A stretch of 64,000 bases of DNA from Minisyncoccia bacterium (lineage in GTDB: Bacteria > Patescibacteriota > Minisyncoccia > Moranbacterales > GCA-2747515), in NCBI GenBank assembly GCA_041738235.1, contig JBGSQF010000013.1:321899-385898 (forward strand), written 5' to 3'. Shown piece after piece: positions 29,801-38,749 of this stretch. Made by a program: the position numbers and the translations under genes. The notes under the pieces are model-generated. The model saw nothing but the letters and a program-made list of their open reading frames with translations, did not search any database and was not told the DNA's origin. Each line of letters starts with the position of its first letter. Positions within the stretch are counted from its first letter, which is position 1.

Positions 29801-30235
29801 GTCATCCAATTCAACTCTTTCCGGAAGGCAGTACTTGTGCTTGTCACATTACCTCTTGCGCTCATTGGGGTATTCATCGGGCTCGCGCTATTTCAGATCC
29901 CGCTCTCCTTCCCCGGACTCATCGGGATCCTGGCGCTTTTTGGTATCGTCGTAAAAAATGCCATCATCTTGGTTGATAAAATAAATCTCAATCTTAAAAC
30001 GGGCATTCCTTTTGCCGAGTCAGTGCTTGATGCCGGAAAATCTCGTATCGAAGCGATCGTCATCACCTCGCTCTGTACCATCCTCGGCATCCTCCCCGTC
30101 ACGCTCAGCAATGACACCTGGCGAGCACTAGGCAGTGCCGTCATCTTCGGTCTGGTCTTTTCTTCTTTCCTCACACTCTTTATTATCCCCACACTCTACT
30201 TCGTCATCGCTCGGAAAGAAGAACGGGAAAAATAA
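26828..30235 (+). CDS. RND efflux permease (AcrB family)
   Basis: FPGASP.DVEE.VT, GLLVDDAIVV, GIVVKNAIILVD, multiple TMs. Confidence 0.93.
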   Translation: MQEKDLTSSSKYFSQLSFDPKLRKGFFHFFVSRPRIVILMIILLTGWGSYAYLTLPRESSPEVKIPVAIVSVVFPGASPNDVEELVTKKVETELSSLKGVDKIQSSSSNSLSITTVNFSASENLENAIRSVRDSVDNIRSKLPDQANDPVVSEVSFSDQPILTLSLTGPYDGTTLYTYAETLKKELEKVSGVREVILSGGEQTEFSINYIPEKISFYGISPAVANQAVTARNTSIPGGNYDGQSFSYPIRSDARFFDAKALGETPILTTKDGAVVLLRDIATISESPIPRTTASRFSLNGSVPENAVTLDIKKKTGGSVLDIVENAKKRATELTPSFGEGIKIETTVDFSEQIREDFDQLGKDFAITVLLVVGTLFLIVGLKEAFIAGLAIPMVFFSTFGVMMATGTSLNFLSLFSLILSLGLLVDDAIVVVSATKQYLRSGKFTPEEAILLVLRDFKIVLLTTTLATTFAFLPLLLASGIIGEFIKSIPITVSVTLISSLIIALIINNPLAAALERIRFTRAFLWITIAILILFSWTSLAWIPGIAGYFGASLALAGIVSLLFFRFSKKGESTLNTNERLLQEERRSDELIKKRLQTSTIDHPDFFHRLLHGIVGFERIIPVYGRALNYVLASKKHRVITLIATVLLFLATLTLPVLGIVKTEFFPSTDSNLLFINVTASSGLKLDETDRLTMRVEEKLRNYKEIESFSTIVGRAGISTNGPGGSAGDSSNLAGITVRLVDKKDRTTPSYDLATKIRNDLATINDADITVEAEQGGPPAGAAFEARITGDDLRVLSATADDLKKILETIPGVVGADISLKEAPAEYTFTLDPDRVALYGLDATSVGSTLRMAISGVEISTVLRDNKEYSVVARFDKQYISTLESVQNLEIINRNGTPVFLKDVAKIELKPSVNSIARTDEQRVVTLAAGVEGKTNPQDILKAFQEKVAKEYTLPEGYSIGYGGQNEENAKSVQSILQAMIIAAALIITVLVIQFNSFRKAVLVLVTLPLALIGVFIGLALFQIPLSFPGLIGILALFGIVVKNAIILVDKINLNLKTGIPFAESVLDAGKSRIEAIVITSLCTILGILPVTLSNDTWRALGSAVIFGLVFSSFLTLFIIPTLYFVIARKEEREK

Positions 30236-30412
30236 AAATTTTCCATTTTTCCATTTTTAAAGGGGTCCCGTTGTGGTCCCTTTTCCTTTTGTCCGAGTGG
30301 ATGTTCCTGTCTCACTTTCCCTACCAGGCTCTAGGGGTCGTTGCCCCCTCTATGTCAATATATCACAAAACACCTCTTGTGAGCCGTTTTATTCACACAC
30401 AAACTTATAGGA

Positions 30413-30688
30413 TCACAGGCCCTCCCCCTTCAAAGCGCCCTCCATCTTCTTCCCTTCCGCGTCCACCGTTCCCTGCACATCTTCAGCAGCTTCCTTGGCA
30501 GAGTTTAGCTGCTCCAGACGTGTCTTGGGAACCGATCCATCAGGACCCGCGGGAAGCAAATTCTGCACCTCAGTTCCCACACCCTTTTCTTCCGAAGAAA
30601 GGTAGATCTTTACAAATAACATCACAATGATCGCCGTTGCCAAAAGAAGCACGAGAAGTCCAATAAAACCTTTTTTATTTTTATGCAT
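30413..30688 (-). CDS. Small prepilin-like membrane protein
   Basis: MHKNKKG|FIGLLVLLLATAIIV resembles a class III signal peptide but lacks Glu5. Confidence 0.55.
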   Translation of the reverse strand: MHKNKKGFIGLLVLLLATAIIVMLFVKIYLSSEEKGVGTEVQNLLPAGPDGSVPKTRLEQLNSAKEAAEDVQGTVDAEGKKMEGALKGEGL

Positions 30689-30707
30689 AGTATTGAGCTT
30701 AGCTGTT

Positions 30708-30992
30708 TTACACAAACCAAACGTACACCCCATAGAGAAGTGCTATGTTTTGTACGATCAACATTGGAATACCCAGTACAAAGTACCACTTGCGCGTTTT
30801 GTGTCGGAACACCCACATCCCCGCATACACTCCCACGCTCCCAAACATCGTCGCCAAGAAAAACAGCATTCCTTCCGAGATCCGTTCCGCACCCTCCTTT
30901 TTTGATCGCATTTTATCCCACAAAATAACCAAGAATGCACCCACATTCACAACTGCAAAAAAGTATATGAAGATACGGGAAATATTCTCCAT
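30708..30992 (-). CDS. DUF1294 family membrane protein
   Basis: WDK..SKK...RISE..L...GSVG...GM..FRHKTRK. Confidence 0.88.
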   Translation of the reverse strand: MENISRIFIYFFAVVNVGAFLVILWDKMRSKKEGAERISEGMLFFLATMFGSVGVYAGMWVFRHKTRKWYFVLGIPMLIVQNIALLYGVYVWFV

Positions 30993-31010
30993 ATTGATCC
31001 TCGTAAAGGT

Positions 31011-31547
31011 TTATATGACTTCTTCTCGTTGAGATCTCTCCCACTCCTCTATTCGCTTACTCGCCCTCTCCATATAATGTGCAAATACCGATCCCTCCCG
31101 GGACACCCCCTCCACCTCTACTGTTTCATGCATAAATTCTATCTGCAAAACATCCTGCATAATAGGCAAGATATCATCCCGATCGGCAACAACGCTTTGT
31201 CGCGCAAAGAATTCAACACGTGGGGAGTCAGGCATATTTCTATTGGTCATAAACTTTTTTTTAGACTCTTCTTCCCATTCTTCCCGTAGTGATCCTGTAA
31301 GATCAAATGACTGGTCTTTCATGATCTTTCCCTTTTCTTCTGCCAAATGAGCGAGAACTTTGTTGAGTTTGGGGTAAATTCCGGATTCAAGAAACGATGC
31401 GTATATTCTTCTCATTCTTACGACTCTCTGATCCTGTGAGGAACGAAAAATATTTTCCATAGAATGCCTCCACTCCTTAACCCTTCTCATATCTTCTCCT
31501 ACAAACTTTCCTTGCATATCCATCTCCGGAAAATATTCTGCCTTCAT
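31011..31547 (-). CDS. Hypothetical protein
   Basis: 178-aa ORF in a co-oriented run. Confidence 0.6.
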   Translation of the reverse strand: MKAEYFPEMDMQGKFVGEDMRRVKEWRHSMENIFRSSQDQRVVRMRRIYASFLESGIYPKLNKVLAHLAEEKGKIMKDQSFDLTGSLREEWEEESKKKFMTNRNMPDSPRVEFFARQSVVADRDDILPIMQDVLQIEFMHETVEVEGVSREGSVFAHYMERASKRIEEWERSQREEVI

Positions 31548-31678
31548 AGAGTACTCTTTAAATGTTATACCCTCATATTACACGAAAAATAATTAATCCC
31601 AAAATCCTTCTTGTTATCCCCATCTACGTTCTTCCGTTTGTCAGACACCGTTTCCCCTGCTACAATATCCTTACAAAT

Positions 31679-33442
31679 ATGAAAGAGTTTTCCCTTTCGA
31701 ACAATATTTTTCTCTTCTTCTCTGGATGGGGATTTTTAGGTGTTCTCTTGGCATGGACAGGAAAATTTAACGCTTTCTGGTTTATCGCTTATACCATCGT
31801 CTTTTGTATGATCACCCTTCTTGTCGCTTGGCGATCCAGACACAAGGTTTCAGATGCTAGACCTTCTTCTCTCCTCTCACGACTCTCCCACTACCTCTTC
31901 CCCGCACTTCTTGCATGTCTTCTTGCTTCCTTTTTTCAACCCACAACCTACTTCTCCGGACGCGATGAGGGATCTATCTTTCAAGCTTCCTTTGAACTAG
32001 AGCAAACACGCTCCCTGGCATTTTCTTCCCCAGAGTCCCGTGCGTTCTTTGATATCTATCATAAAGGCCGGGCTCTCAATTATCCCGGATTTTACTACAC
32101 TGAAAATGGATCACTGACCACACAATTTCCTATTGCGTACATCGCATGGCTCGCCTCATTCCTCTCCCTCTTTGGGCTGACCGGACTTATGGTCGCCAAT
32201 GGCACGCTCTTATTCCTCTTCTTTCTTGCGGTCACACATATCATCCAAACATTTGCTCCGAAAAAATGGGGTGTGATCGGGATGATCCTTCTCGCCACCT
32301 CCTTCCCAATATTTTGGTTTTCGCGATTTACGCTCAGCGAGAATTTTGCCCTTGCTTTCCTTTGGATATTTATTTGGAGCATCTACGCTTTCGCTCACAG
32401 CCCGGATCGAAAAAAATTATTTCTTCTATTGCTTACTGGAACACTTCTGCTTTTTGGACGCATAGAAGGGATCGCCTTTCTAGGAATGGCTGCTCTTTTT
32501 CTGTTCTACAAAAAAAATACACGAGTTTTTCTCACAAAAAGTATTTGGATCCATATTATTCTTCCGCTCATCCTATTTGCTCTCTTGGCTTTCATATCAT
32601 TTTCCGTGAACACGCCCTTCTACATCACCATCGTCAAAGGGTTTTTGGAAGGATCCTCAGAGGCGCTGAGCAATGCCCCATCAATTCTCTCTACGTTCAT
32701 TGACCGAATAAGCATTCTGTTCCTCTATGGGATCGGGCTTTCTCTACTCCTTGGAAGTGTCGGTTTCTACTTTCTCGTGAAAGAAAGATCCAAAGAAAAC
32801 GCTCTTACCGCTACCCTTTGGATAGTGCTCCCTTCATTCTTATATCTGTTTATATCTTTTATATCTCCCGACCATCCTTGGATGCTACGTAGATTTATGT
32901 TCTCGATCGTGCCGACCTTCCTGCTCTTTTCCATATTCCTTTGTGTCAAAGCAGAATCACCACGACACCGATTCCGAGGGTACGCATTCGCATTCGTACT
33001 GCTCATCGCGCAACTCAGCTCTCTCCTTTATTTCTTTCCCATTTCACAAGGAGATGACCTTCTCAGGTCGACCAAAAATATAGCGGCTTCCTTGCCAGAG
33101 AACGACCTCGTACTCGTGGACCAACTGGCTAGCGGAGATGGATTTCATATGCTGTCAGGTCCGCTCCAAACCCTCCTCAGTCGTCATGCCCTTTATTTTA
33201 TGAACCCCTATGACCTCGATCGTCTCGATCTCTCGGATTTTTCTACTGTCTCCCTCCTCGTTCCCGAAGGTCGTGAGGATATCTATGCACCCATACTGGC
33301 TGAACACGGTGCACGAAGAATGAATACCTTTCCGATATCCTTTTCCACACTCGAAAGCACCTCACTTTCTTCCCACCAATTCCCCAAAAAAATTCATATC
33401 GAGCAAAATGTTATTCTCTATCGATGGGAAGCATCAGAGTAG
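31679..33442 (+). CDS. Polytopic GT-C/PMT-like membrane protein
   Basis: Many TMs, GRDEG loop, SRFTLSE, RIEG motifs. Confidence 0.7.
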   Translation: MKEFSLSNNIFLFFSGWGFLGVLLAWTGKFNAFWFIAYTIVFCMITLLVAWRSRHKVSDARPSSLLSRLSHYLFPALLACLLASFFQPTTYFSGRDEGSIFQASFELEQTRSLAFSSPESRAFFDIYHKGRALNYPGFYYTENGSLTTQFPIAYIAWLASFLSLFGLTGLMVANGTLLFLFFLAVTHIIQTFAPKKWGVIGMILLATSFPIFWFSRFTLSENFALAFLWIFIWSIYAFAHSPDRKKLFLLLLTGTLLLFGRIEGIAFLGMAALFLFYKKNTRVFLTKSIWIHIILPLILFALLAFISFSVNTPFYITIVKGFLEGSSEALSNAPSILSTFIDRISILFLYGIGLSLLLGSVGFYFLVKERSKENALTATLWIVLPSFLYLFISFISPDHPWMLRRFMFSIVPTFLLFSIFLCVKAESPRHRFRGYAFAFVLLIAQLSSLLYFFPISQGDDLLRSTKNIAASLPENDLVLVDQLASGDGFHMLSGPLQTLLSRHALYFMNPYDLDRLDLSDFSTVSLLVPEGREDIYAPILAEHGARRMNTFPISFSTLESTSLSSHQFPKKIHIEQNVILYRWEASE

Positions 33443-33487
33443 AAGAATATTCCGCTCAACAAATCACAATTTCTTTAAATGATCTTA

Positions 33488-33518
33488 AAAAGAACGGCCC
33501 TATAAAGCCGTTTTTTTT
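33488..33518. terminator. Intrinsic terminator
   Basis: AACGGC...GCCGTTTTTTTT. Confidence 0.65.
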
Positions 33519-33527
33519 GTTTAATTA

Positions 33528-33556
33528 TTGACACTTATCAATAATAATGCTATAAT
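33528..33556 (+). promoter_or_regulatory. Consensus sigma70 promoter
   Basis: TTGACA-17-TATAAT with extended -10 TG. Confidence 0.85.
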
Positions 33557-33679
33557 ATACGGTTAATTTTCGTTCCTTAAAATGGCGTGAAACTTCTCGC
33601 GAGCATGGTGTGGAGGAACCCTCCTCCACGACTCACTCGCGGGAAACCCCCGCAATCCACATACAGAAAAGGAGCAGAA

Positions 33680-34060
33680 ATGAAGCCCGAGCGAGTTCTA
33701 GCTTTCGGAATATCAGTCATGGTGGCATTGGCCATTTGGCTCTGGGTCGAAGGGCGGGAGGAGGTGCGGGTGCGGGAGATCACTCACGCTCTCCAGCACC
33801 TCAACCGCGGAGACGCGGTCATCTTCCGCGACGGACGTCACGGGGAGGTTGTCCAAGGAAGGGAGTCTCCGCCAGTGGGGATCAGCACCCTGGACGGCGA
33901 GATGACCCTCCCGATCGTCATCATGGAGATCTATGGTCCAGGTGACGGGAAATGGGAGGGGCGGATGACGTACGCCGTCCACCGCGTCGGGGCGATCGCC
34001 CCAGACATCGAGAGGGTCGAGCTGAAGGGAGTTCCGGACCCCCGACCCACCACCCCATAG
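33680..34060 (+). CDS. GC-rich orphan protein with N-terminal TM
   Basis: AAGGAG SD before ATG at 33680; own promoter and terminator. Confidence 0.65.
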   Translation: MKPERVLAFGISVMVALAIWLWVEGREEVRVREITHALQHLNRGDAVIFRDGRHGEVVQGRESPPVGISTLDGEMTLPIVIMEIYGPGDGKWEGRMTYAVHRVGAIAPDIERVELKGVPDPRPTTP

Positions 34061-34086
34061 ATTCGTTTGCCGACGCGTTGGCGAAC

Positions 34087-34129
34087 AAAAACCCCGCTAC
34101 AAAAGATATGTAGCGGGTGTTTTCTTTTT
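34087..34129. terminator. Bidirectional terminator
   Basis: CCCGCTACA...TGTAGCGGG flanked by A and T runs. Confidence 0.7.
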
Positions 34130-34154
34130 ATAGCATTCTTTTTCAAAAGATATT

Positions 34155-35294
34155 TTATTGATCATTTCGTATCCATTCCATCGTCTCTCTTGCACATTTG
34201 TCCCACGAGAATTTTTTGAGCTGCGATCGACCCTTTTCTCTGCATTTCTCTTGAAGTTCTTTGTCCCCCAACACTTGTTGTAGTTTTTCTGTAAGATCGC
34301 CTAGCGAATTTGCATCAAAATACACCGCACCCTCCCCTCCCACTTCTGGAAGACTTGAATTGTTGGCACATATCACCGGAACATCCTGCGCAAACGCTTC
34401 CAAAACAGGCAAACCAAAACCTTCATACAAAGAAGGAAACACGAACACAGAAGCATGTTTATACAGCATTTCTCTTTCTCCGAAGGAAACCAAACCGGGC
34501 AAAACAATGTCTTTAAAGTATTCTGAGCTTCCCGCCGTTTTGATAACATTTTCCCAAAGCCATGCCTTCTCTCCTACGAGCATAAGTTTTAGATCCGAAG
34601 ATCGAGAGTCTTTCTTGAGTCTTTCAAATGCGTGAATGAGCATCTCAAGGTTTTTTCTTGGCTGAATGGCTCCCACATATAATATATATCGAGTATTTGG
34701 TATATCCAGAGCGATCTTCTTACTCGTCATCTGTTCCCTGTTCCCTCCTTCTCGTCCCTCGTTGCTCATGATTTGTTTCTCATATCCATGGTATACCACT
34801 CGTATCTTTTGTTCAGAAATATCCGGATAATACAAAAGAACGTCACGCTTGGTAGACTCCGAAACGGCAATTATACGATCGCTCTTTTTAATTGCTTGAT
34901 CGGTAAGCATTGTAAGGCGCCGGAGGTCACCCTTAGGAAAATGCTCGGGAAATTTGCGAAATGCCAAGTCATGGATCGTCACTATCGTTTCCATCTTCTG
35001 TGGCCGACTCAGCGGAATAGCCTGCATCGGCATCCAGAGTCGATCCGGTCGCGTCTTCCAAAGCTCGAGTGCGAATCGTGTCTGCGTCCAGAAAAAAGGA
35101 AATGGGATAGACCGCACTCTATATTTTGAAAAGTCTTTTGGTTCAAGCAGAGGGTTAAATGTCCCGCGATGATAGATTGAAAACATATCCTGAGGTGCAA
35201 CCTTTCCAAAGCGATTAAGGAGCTCGAGAATATATACGCGTGTTCCATCGATCCGCTTTCCGTCAAGGTCCGCTGCTTGAATGGCGATTTGCAT
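34155..35294 (-). CDS. Glycosyltransferase family 4
   Basis: TIHDLAF, AVSESTK, PRKNL, FPSLYEGFGLPVLEA. Confidence 0.92.
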   Translation of the reverse strand: MQIAIQAADLDGKRIDGTRVYILELLNRFGKVAPQDMFSIYHRGTFNPLLEPKDFSKYRVRSIPFPFFWTQTRFALELWKTRPDRLWMPMQAIPLSRPQKMETIVTIHDLAFRKFPEHFPKGDLRRLTMLTDQAIKKSDRIIAVSESTKRDVLLYYPDISEQKIRVVYHGYEKQIMSNEGREGGNREQMTSKKIALDIPNTRYILYVGAIQPRKNLEMLIHAFERLKKDSRSSDLKLMLVGEKAWLWENVIKTAGSSEYFKDIVLPGLVSFGEREMLYKHASVFVFPSLYEGFGLPVLEAFAQDVPVICANNSSLPEVGGEGAVYFDANSLGDLTEKLQQVLGDKELQEKCREKGRSQLKKFSWDKCARETMEWIRNDQ

Positions 35295-35306
35295 AAATAG
35301 GTATTA

Positions 35307-35759
35307 TTATTCCCAACTCACATTATGTTCTCGCAAAAATATTCTCGAACAGAGTGAGCCTTCTTTCGCCGATCTTTGTAGGTCGCTAAAATCGTCTGTC
35401 CATTTTTGTTCAACATACTGTGTCACACCTTCAAACGCTTGGGGTACAACTGGTTCACCGGCAATGATCTCAACCTCATAATCTCGAAGGATCAGAATAT
35501 ACTCTCCTCTATCAGCGGTGTCTTCACCAAGCATGTTCACTATTCGTACATCTACGCCCAATTTGATCCTTGCTGCGCGCGCAACAGTATCTTCCCACAA
35601 CTCCTGAGGATCCTTCTTTGAGGCCGCTGGAAACCCCCAGTGACCCGCTACGTCCGCATCATCATCTGGACGCCTCACAATAAGAAATTTTGATCTCTCT
35701 GCATTATAGACGACAAGCGCTACAGAAACTGTAACTGGTTTTTCACTATTCATATTCAC
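35307..35759 (-). CDS. NUDIX-fold protein with a degenerate Nudix box
   Basis: FLIVRRP...WGFPAAS...E.WED...R..RIKLG. Confidence 0.7.
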   Translation of the reverse strand: MNMNSEKPVTVSVALVVYNAERSKFLIVRRPDDDADVAGHWGFPAASKKDPQELWEDTVARAARIKLGVDVRIVNMLGEDTADRGEYILILRDYEVEIIAGEPVVPQAFEGVTQYVEQKWTDDFSDLQRSAKEGSLCSRIFLREHNVSWE

Positions 35760-35772
35760 GCATTATAACTCA

Positions 35773-36903
35773 TTAGTTGATACTGTGCTCCAATAACTTT
35801 TTCGCGTCCTTACAACTCTTTGTTTCCATGAGTTGTATCCTAAGTTCCTTTGCCCCAGAGAATCCTCGAACATATGACGCATAGTGCTTCTTTAAGATAT
35901 CATAGTTCTTGGTTTCTCCCCAGGTAATATCAAAAAAAACGATAAGCGCTATAAGCGCACGCAGGCGATTGTCGGAATCAGCCTTGAACATTTGACTATC
36001 GGTGTTTAACACAACTTTCTTTTCCACTCTCCCTATATCAGCTTTACTTAGCATCGACTCGAAACGTTTTTGTTCGGATGAGATACGAGGCACGAATGAG
36101 GAGCGAAGTAAGCCGTACTGTTGTACGGCGTCAAGCACCGAAGCTCGCAACAAAGCAGATCGCCGAACAGGAACGTTTCGAGTAAACACCCAAGGATTTC
36201 CGAAAATACCTCGACCGATCATGATCCCGTCACAGCCCGTTTCTTTGACGCGCCGTTCTCCCTCCTCACGATTTGTTACATCCCCATTCCCTATGATCAC
36301 TGTTCCTGTACCTCGTGCCATTTCTACAATCTTTGGCATCTCCTCCCAATGCGCCAAAACTTTGGACATTTCTTTGCGAGTTCGAAGATGTACGATAAGC
36401 GCCGCCGGTCTTTCTTTCAATAATTCCCCGATCCAAGCCTCTGTTTCGATCATATTGTATCCAATGCGCGTCTTGACCGCTACCGGAATATCCCCCGCGC
36501 CTTCCTTGAGCGCCCGAATAATAGCTCGTGCTCGAGCAGGGTCCTGTATAAGTGCCGCTCCTGCTCCCTGTTTCTCAACCTTTTTATCTGGGCATCCCAT
36601 GTTGACATCGATCCCATCAAATCCTAGTTCGCGCACGAACTGCGCGCACCACAAAAAATCCTCTGGGTCGCTTCCGAACACCTGTGCCACGATCGGTCGC
36701 TGTGTCTCGGTATAAAAAAGATCTCGAACAAGTGCTTTTCGTCCGAGATCTGAGAGGAGTCCTTTGCAGGCAACAAATTCTGTGTATAGAACATCCGGTT
36801 TACCTGTACGCGCGATAAACTCACGGAATGCCACGTCCGTCACATCTGCCATAGGCGCCAAAACAAAGAACGGTTTCGGTAAATCATTCCAAAAATTTTT
36901 CAT
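35773..36903 (-). CDS. tRNA-dihydrouridine synthase with an in-frame insertion
   Basis: LAPMADVTD, DVNMGCP, VKTRIG, GNGDV, GIMIGRG. Confidence 0.92.
   Translation of the reverse strand: MKNFWNDLPKPFFVLAPMADVTDVAFREFIARTGKPDVLYTEFVACKGLLSDLGRKALVRDLFYTETQRPIVAQVFGSDPEDFLWCAQFVRELGFDGIDVNMGCPDKKVEKQGAGAALIQDPARARAIIRALKEGAGDIPVAVKTRIGYNMIETEAWIGELLKERPAALIVHLRTRKEMSKVLAHWEEMPKIVEMARGTGTVIIGNGDVTNREEGERRVKETGCDGIMIGRGIFGNPWVFTRNVPVRRSALLRASVLDAVQQYGLLRSSFVPRISSEQKRFESMLSKADIGRVEKKVVLNTDSQMFKADSDNRLRALIALIVFFDITWGETKNYDILKKHYASYVRGFSGAKELRIQLMETKSCKDAKKLLEHSIN
36057..36183. mobile_element. MITE/REP-like palindromic element inside the dus gene
   Basis: 21-bp terminal inverted repeats (19/21 match) and internal GCCGTAC-tgtt-GTACGGC hairpin. 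Confidence 0.75.
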
Positions 36904-36924
36904 CTTACAACCCTTATCTTTCAA

Positions 36925-38061
36925 TTATGCTGCTTCTCGGAAGGAATCTTCCTCTAAGGAATTCTCTTCTAAGGAATCATCTTGCTGCTTCTCCAAATGA
37001 GCAATTCTCTGAAGAACAACCTCTACTGTCTCACTTTGATTAAGTGATTCCCGAAAAGAAGGACTGTTCTCAGCGAGTTTGAAAATGCTTTCCTTTTCCT
37101 CTTCCGAAATCGTTGAAAACCTTTTATCTCGAAGAGTTTTCCATCTGTCCCCATCTCCTTCTGTAAGAGACTGCGCAAGTTTGGATGCTTTACCGAGAGG
37201 CCACTCCATCTGCGATGGTGGGACTAACCGAGAAATTCGCTCGACCCAATTCGCCAATGTCTCGTTTTGATGTTCCATTGCAAAGAGATCCTTGGCAACA
37301 GGTGCTCGTTTTACGAGATCGATGGATGTCTGCACAATACGATCCTGATATTGTTTATACTCTTCATTCGAGAAAATATCTTGGTAAAACAAAGATTCCA
37401 TCTTTCCGTATTGAGAAATATCATCAAAAAAAGTGCTTGCGATGATACTATTTTGAAACCGATCCAACTCTTTCGATCTTCTCTCTTTTGTTTCAGTAAT
37501 GCCCCTCTCTGAAGTTGTCTGTTGCTCAATGTTCATTTCTCCCGTCTCTTCCGTCGCAACCGAAGGCATCTCTCCTCCTTCAACACTACCTTCTCGTTTT
37601 TTTCTCAGCACTCTACTAACCCTCGATATCCAAGCAAGCATGATCTCCCCTTCTCGAATCGACAAGTCTCTTCCCGTATACTCTCCACCAGAGGAAAGAG
37701 CCTCAAGAGACCGCTGCGTGATCGCCTGGACCCTACTTTCTAGCCCAGGATCTTGTTCCTTAGCATGCTCAAATGTGAGGTTGCTTATCTCACGCCAGAA
37801 GTCTTGATCGTTTCCGGAAACCTCGAGCATAAGGGAGAGCACCTCACCAGATTCATTCCCTTCAATGTCTATGATACGTCCCTGTTCATCCGTCTTTACC
37901 TGAGCTTTTGGATCAATAATCAGTCGCTCCCTCCCTCCGAAAAAGAAGGCACCAACGCGAGAACTTTTAACACGTTCCCACAAGCTCTTAGTTGTTTTCC
38001 CACTCAACTCTCTCCCAGCAATTTTTTTGGCGGGATCATTTGATGTCATCCTTTCGAACAT
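36925..38061 (-). CDS. Acidic hypothetical protein (378 aa)
   Basis: Long ORF directly upstream of dus. Confidence 0.7.
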   Translation of the reverse strand: MFERMTSNDPAKKIAGRELSGKTTKSLWERVKSSRVGAFFFGGRERLIIDPKAQVKTDEQGRIIDIEGNESGEVLSLMLEVSGNDQDFWREISNLTFEHAKEQDPGLESRVQAITQRSLEALSSGGEYTGRDLSIREGEIMLAWISRVSRVLRKKREGSVEGGEMPSVATEETGEMNIEQQTTSERGITETKERRSKELDRFQNSIIASTFFDDISQYGKMESLFYQDIFSNEEYKQYQDRIVQTSIDLVKRAPVAKDLFAMEHQNETLANWVERISRLVPPSQMEWPLGKASKLAQSLTEGDGDRWKTLRDKRFSTISEEEKESIFKLAENSPSFRESLNQSETVEVVLQRIAHLEKQQDDSLEENSLEEDSFREAA

Positions 38062-38178
38062 AGGATTTCTCGTTTATTATTTAGTATATAACTTCCTCCT
38101 CTAGGATACACTATTTTTGAACATCTCACAATACAATTACAATTGCATGCTGAGTCAAAAGATGCTACCATTTTATAT

Positions 38179-38628
38179 ATGAAAACGATCGCCTTCAACA
38201 AACGAGCTTCTTATGATTACTTCCTCCACTCACATACCGAGGCAGGAGTGGTTTTAAGTGGACAAGAAGTACGATCTATAAAAACTGGGCATATCAGCCT
38301 CAAGGGAAGCTTTGTGACCGTAAAAGGATCGGAGCTCTACCTTACGAACGCCAATATCCCTCCCTATATTCACGCCGGGGAGATCAAGAACTATGACCCC
38401 ACTCGTCCACGAAAACTCCTTCTCAAAAAGAACGAGATCGCCTCTTTTATAGGGAAAAGCAAGGCTGAAGGCATGACCCTTATCCCCACTCGAGTATATG
38501 TCAAAAAAGGGAAAGTAAAGGTGGAGATTGCCACCGCTACAGGAAAGAAAAAGTACGACAAACGCGATACCATTGCCAAGCGAGAATCCAAGAGAAGGAT
38601 CGAACGCACCCTTCGTACCAATTCTTGA
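38179..38628 (+). CDS. smpB: SsrA-binding protein
   Basis: NKRASYDY, EAGVVLSGQEVRSIK, RPRKLLL, GKKKYDKR. Confidence 0.96.
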   Translation: MKTIAFNKRASYDYFLHSHTEAGVVLSGQEVRSIKTGHISLKGSFVTVKGSELYLTNANIPPYIHAGEIKNYDPTRPRKLLLKKNEIASFIGKSKAEGMTLIPTRVYVKKGKVKVEIATATGKKKYDKRDTIAKRESKRRIERTLRTNS

Positions 38629-38653
38629 CAAGAAGTGTTTTTTGCCGTATTAT
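38625..38653 (+). promoter_or_regulatory. Putative ssrA promoter
   Basis: TTGACA-17-TATTAT overlapping the smpB stop. Confidence 0.7.
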
Positions 38654-38749
38654 TAGCCCCAGATTGGAAAAGTCGTTTTTCCTTATTTTCCTTTTTACAA
38701 AGACCTAGATCGTCGCATTCGCTATTTTTTCTCAGAAAAAGTCTCGAAT

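Noticed and set aside
36940-36981. 15-bp tandem repeat at the end of the 378-aa ORF
   Set aside because: A short in-frame low-complexity duplication (DSLEE/NSLEE) with no further evidence of function
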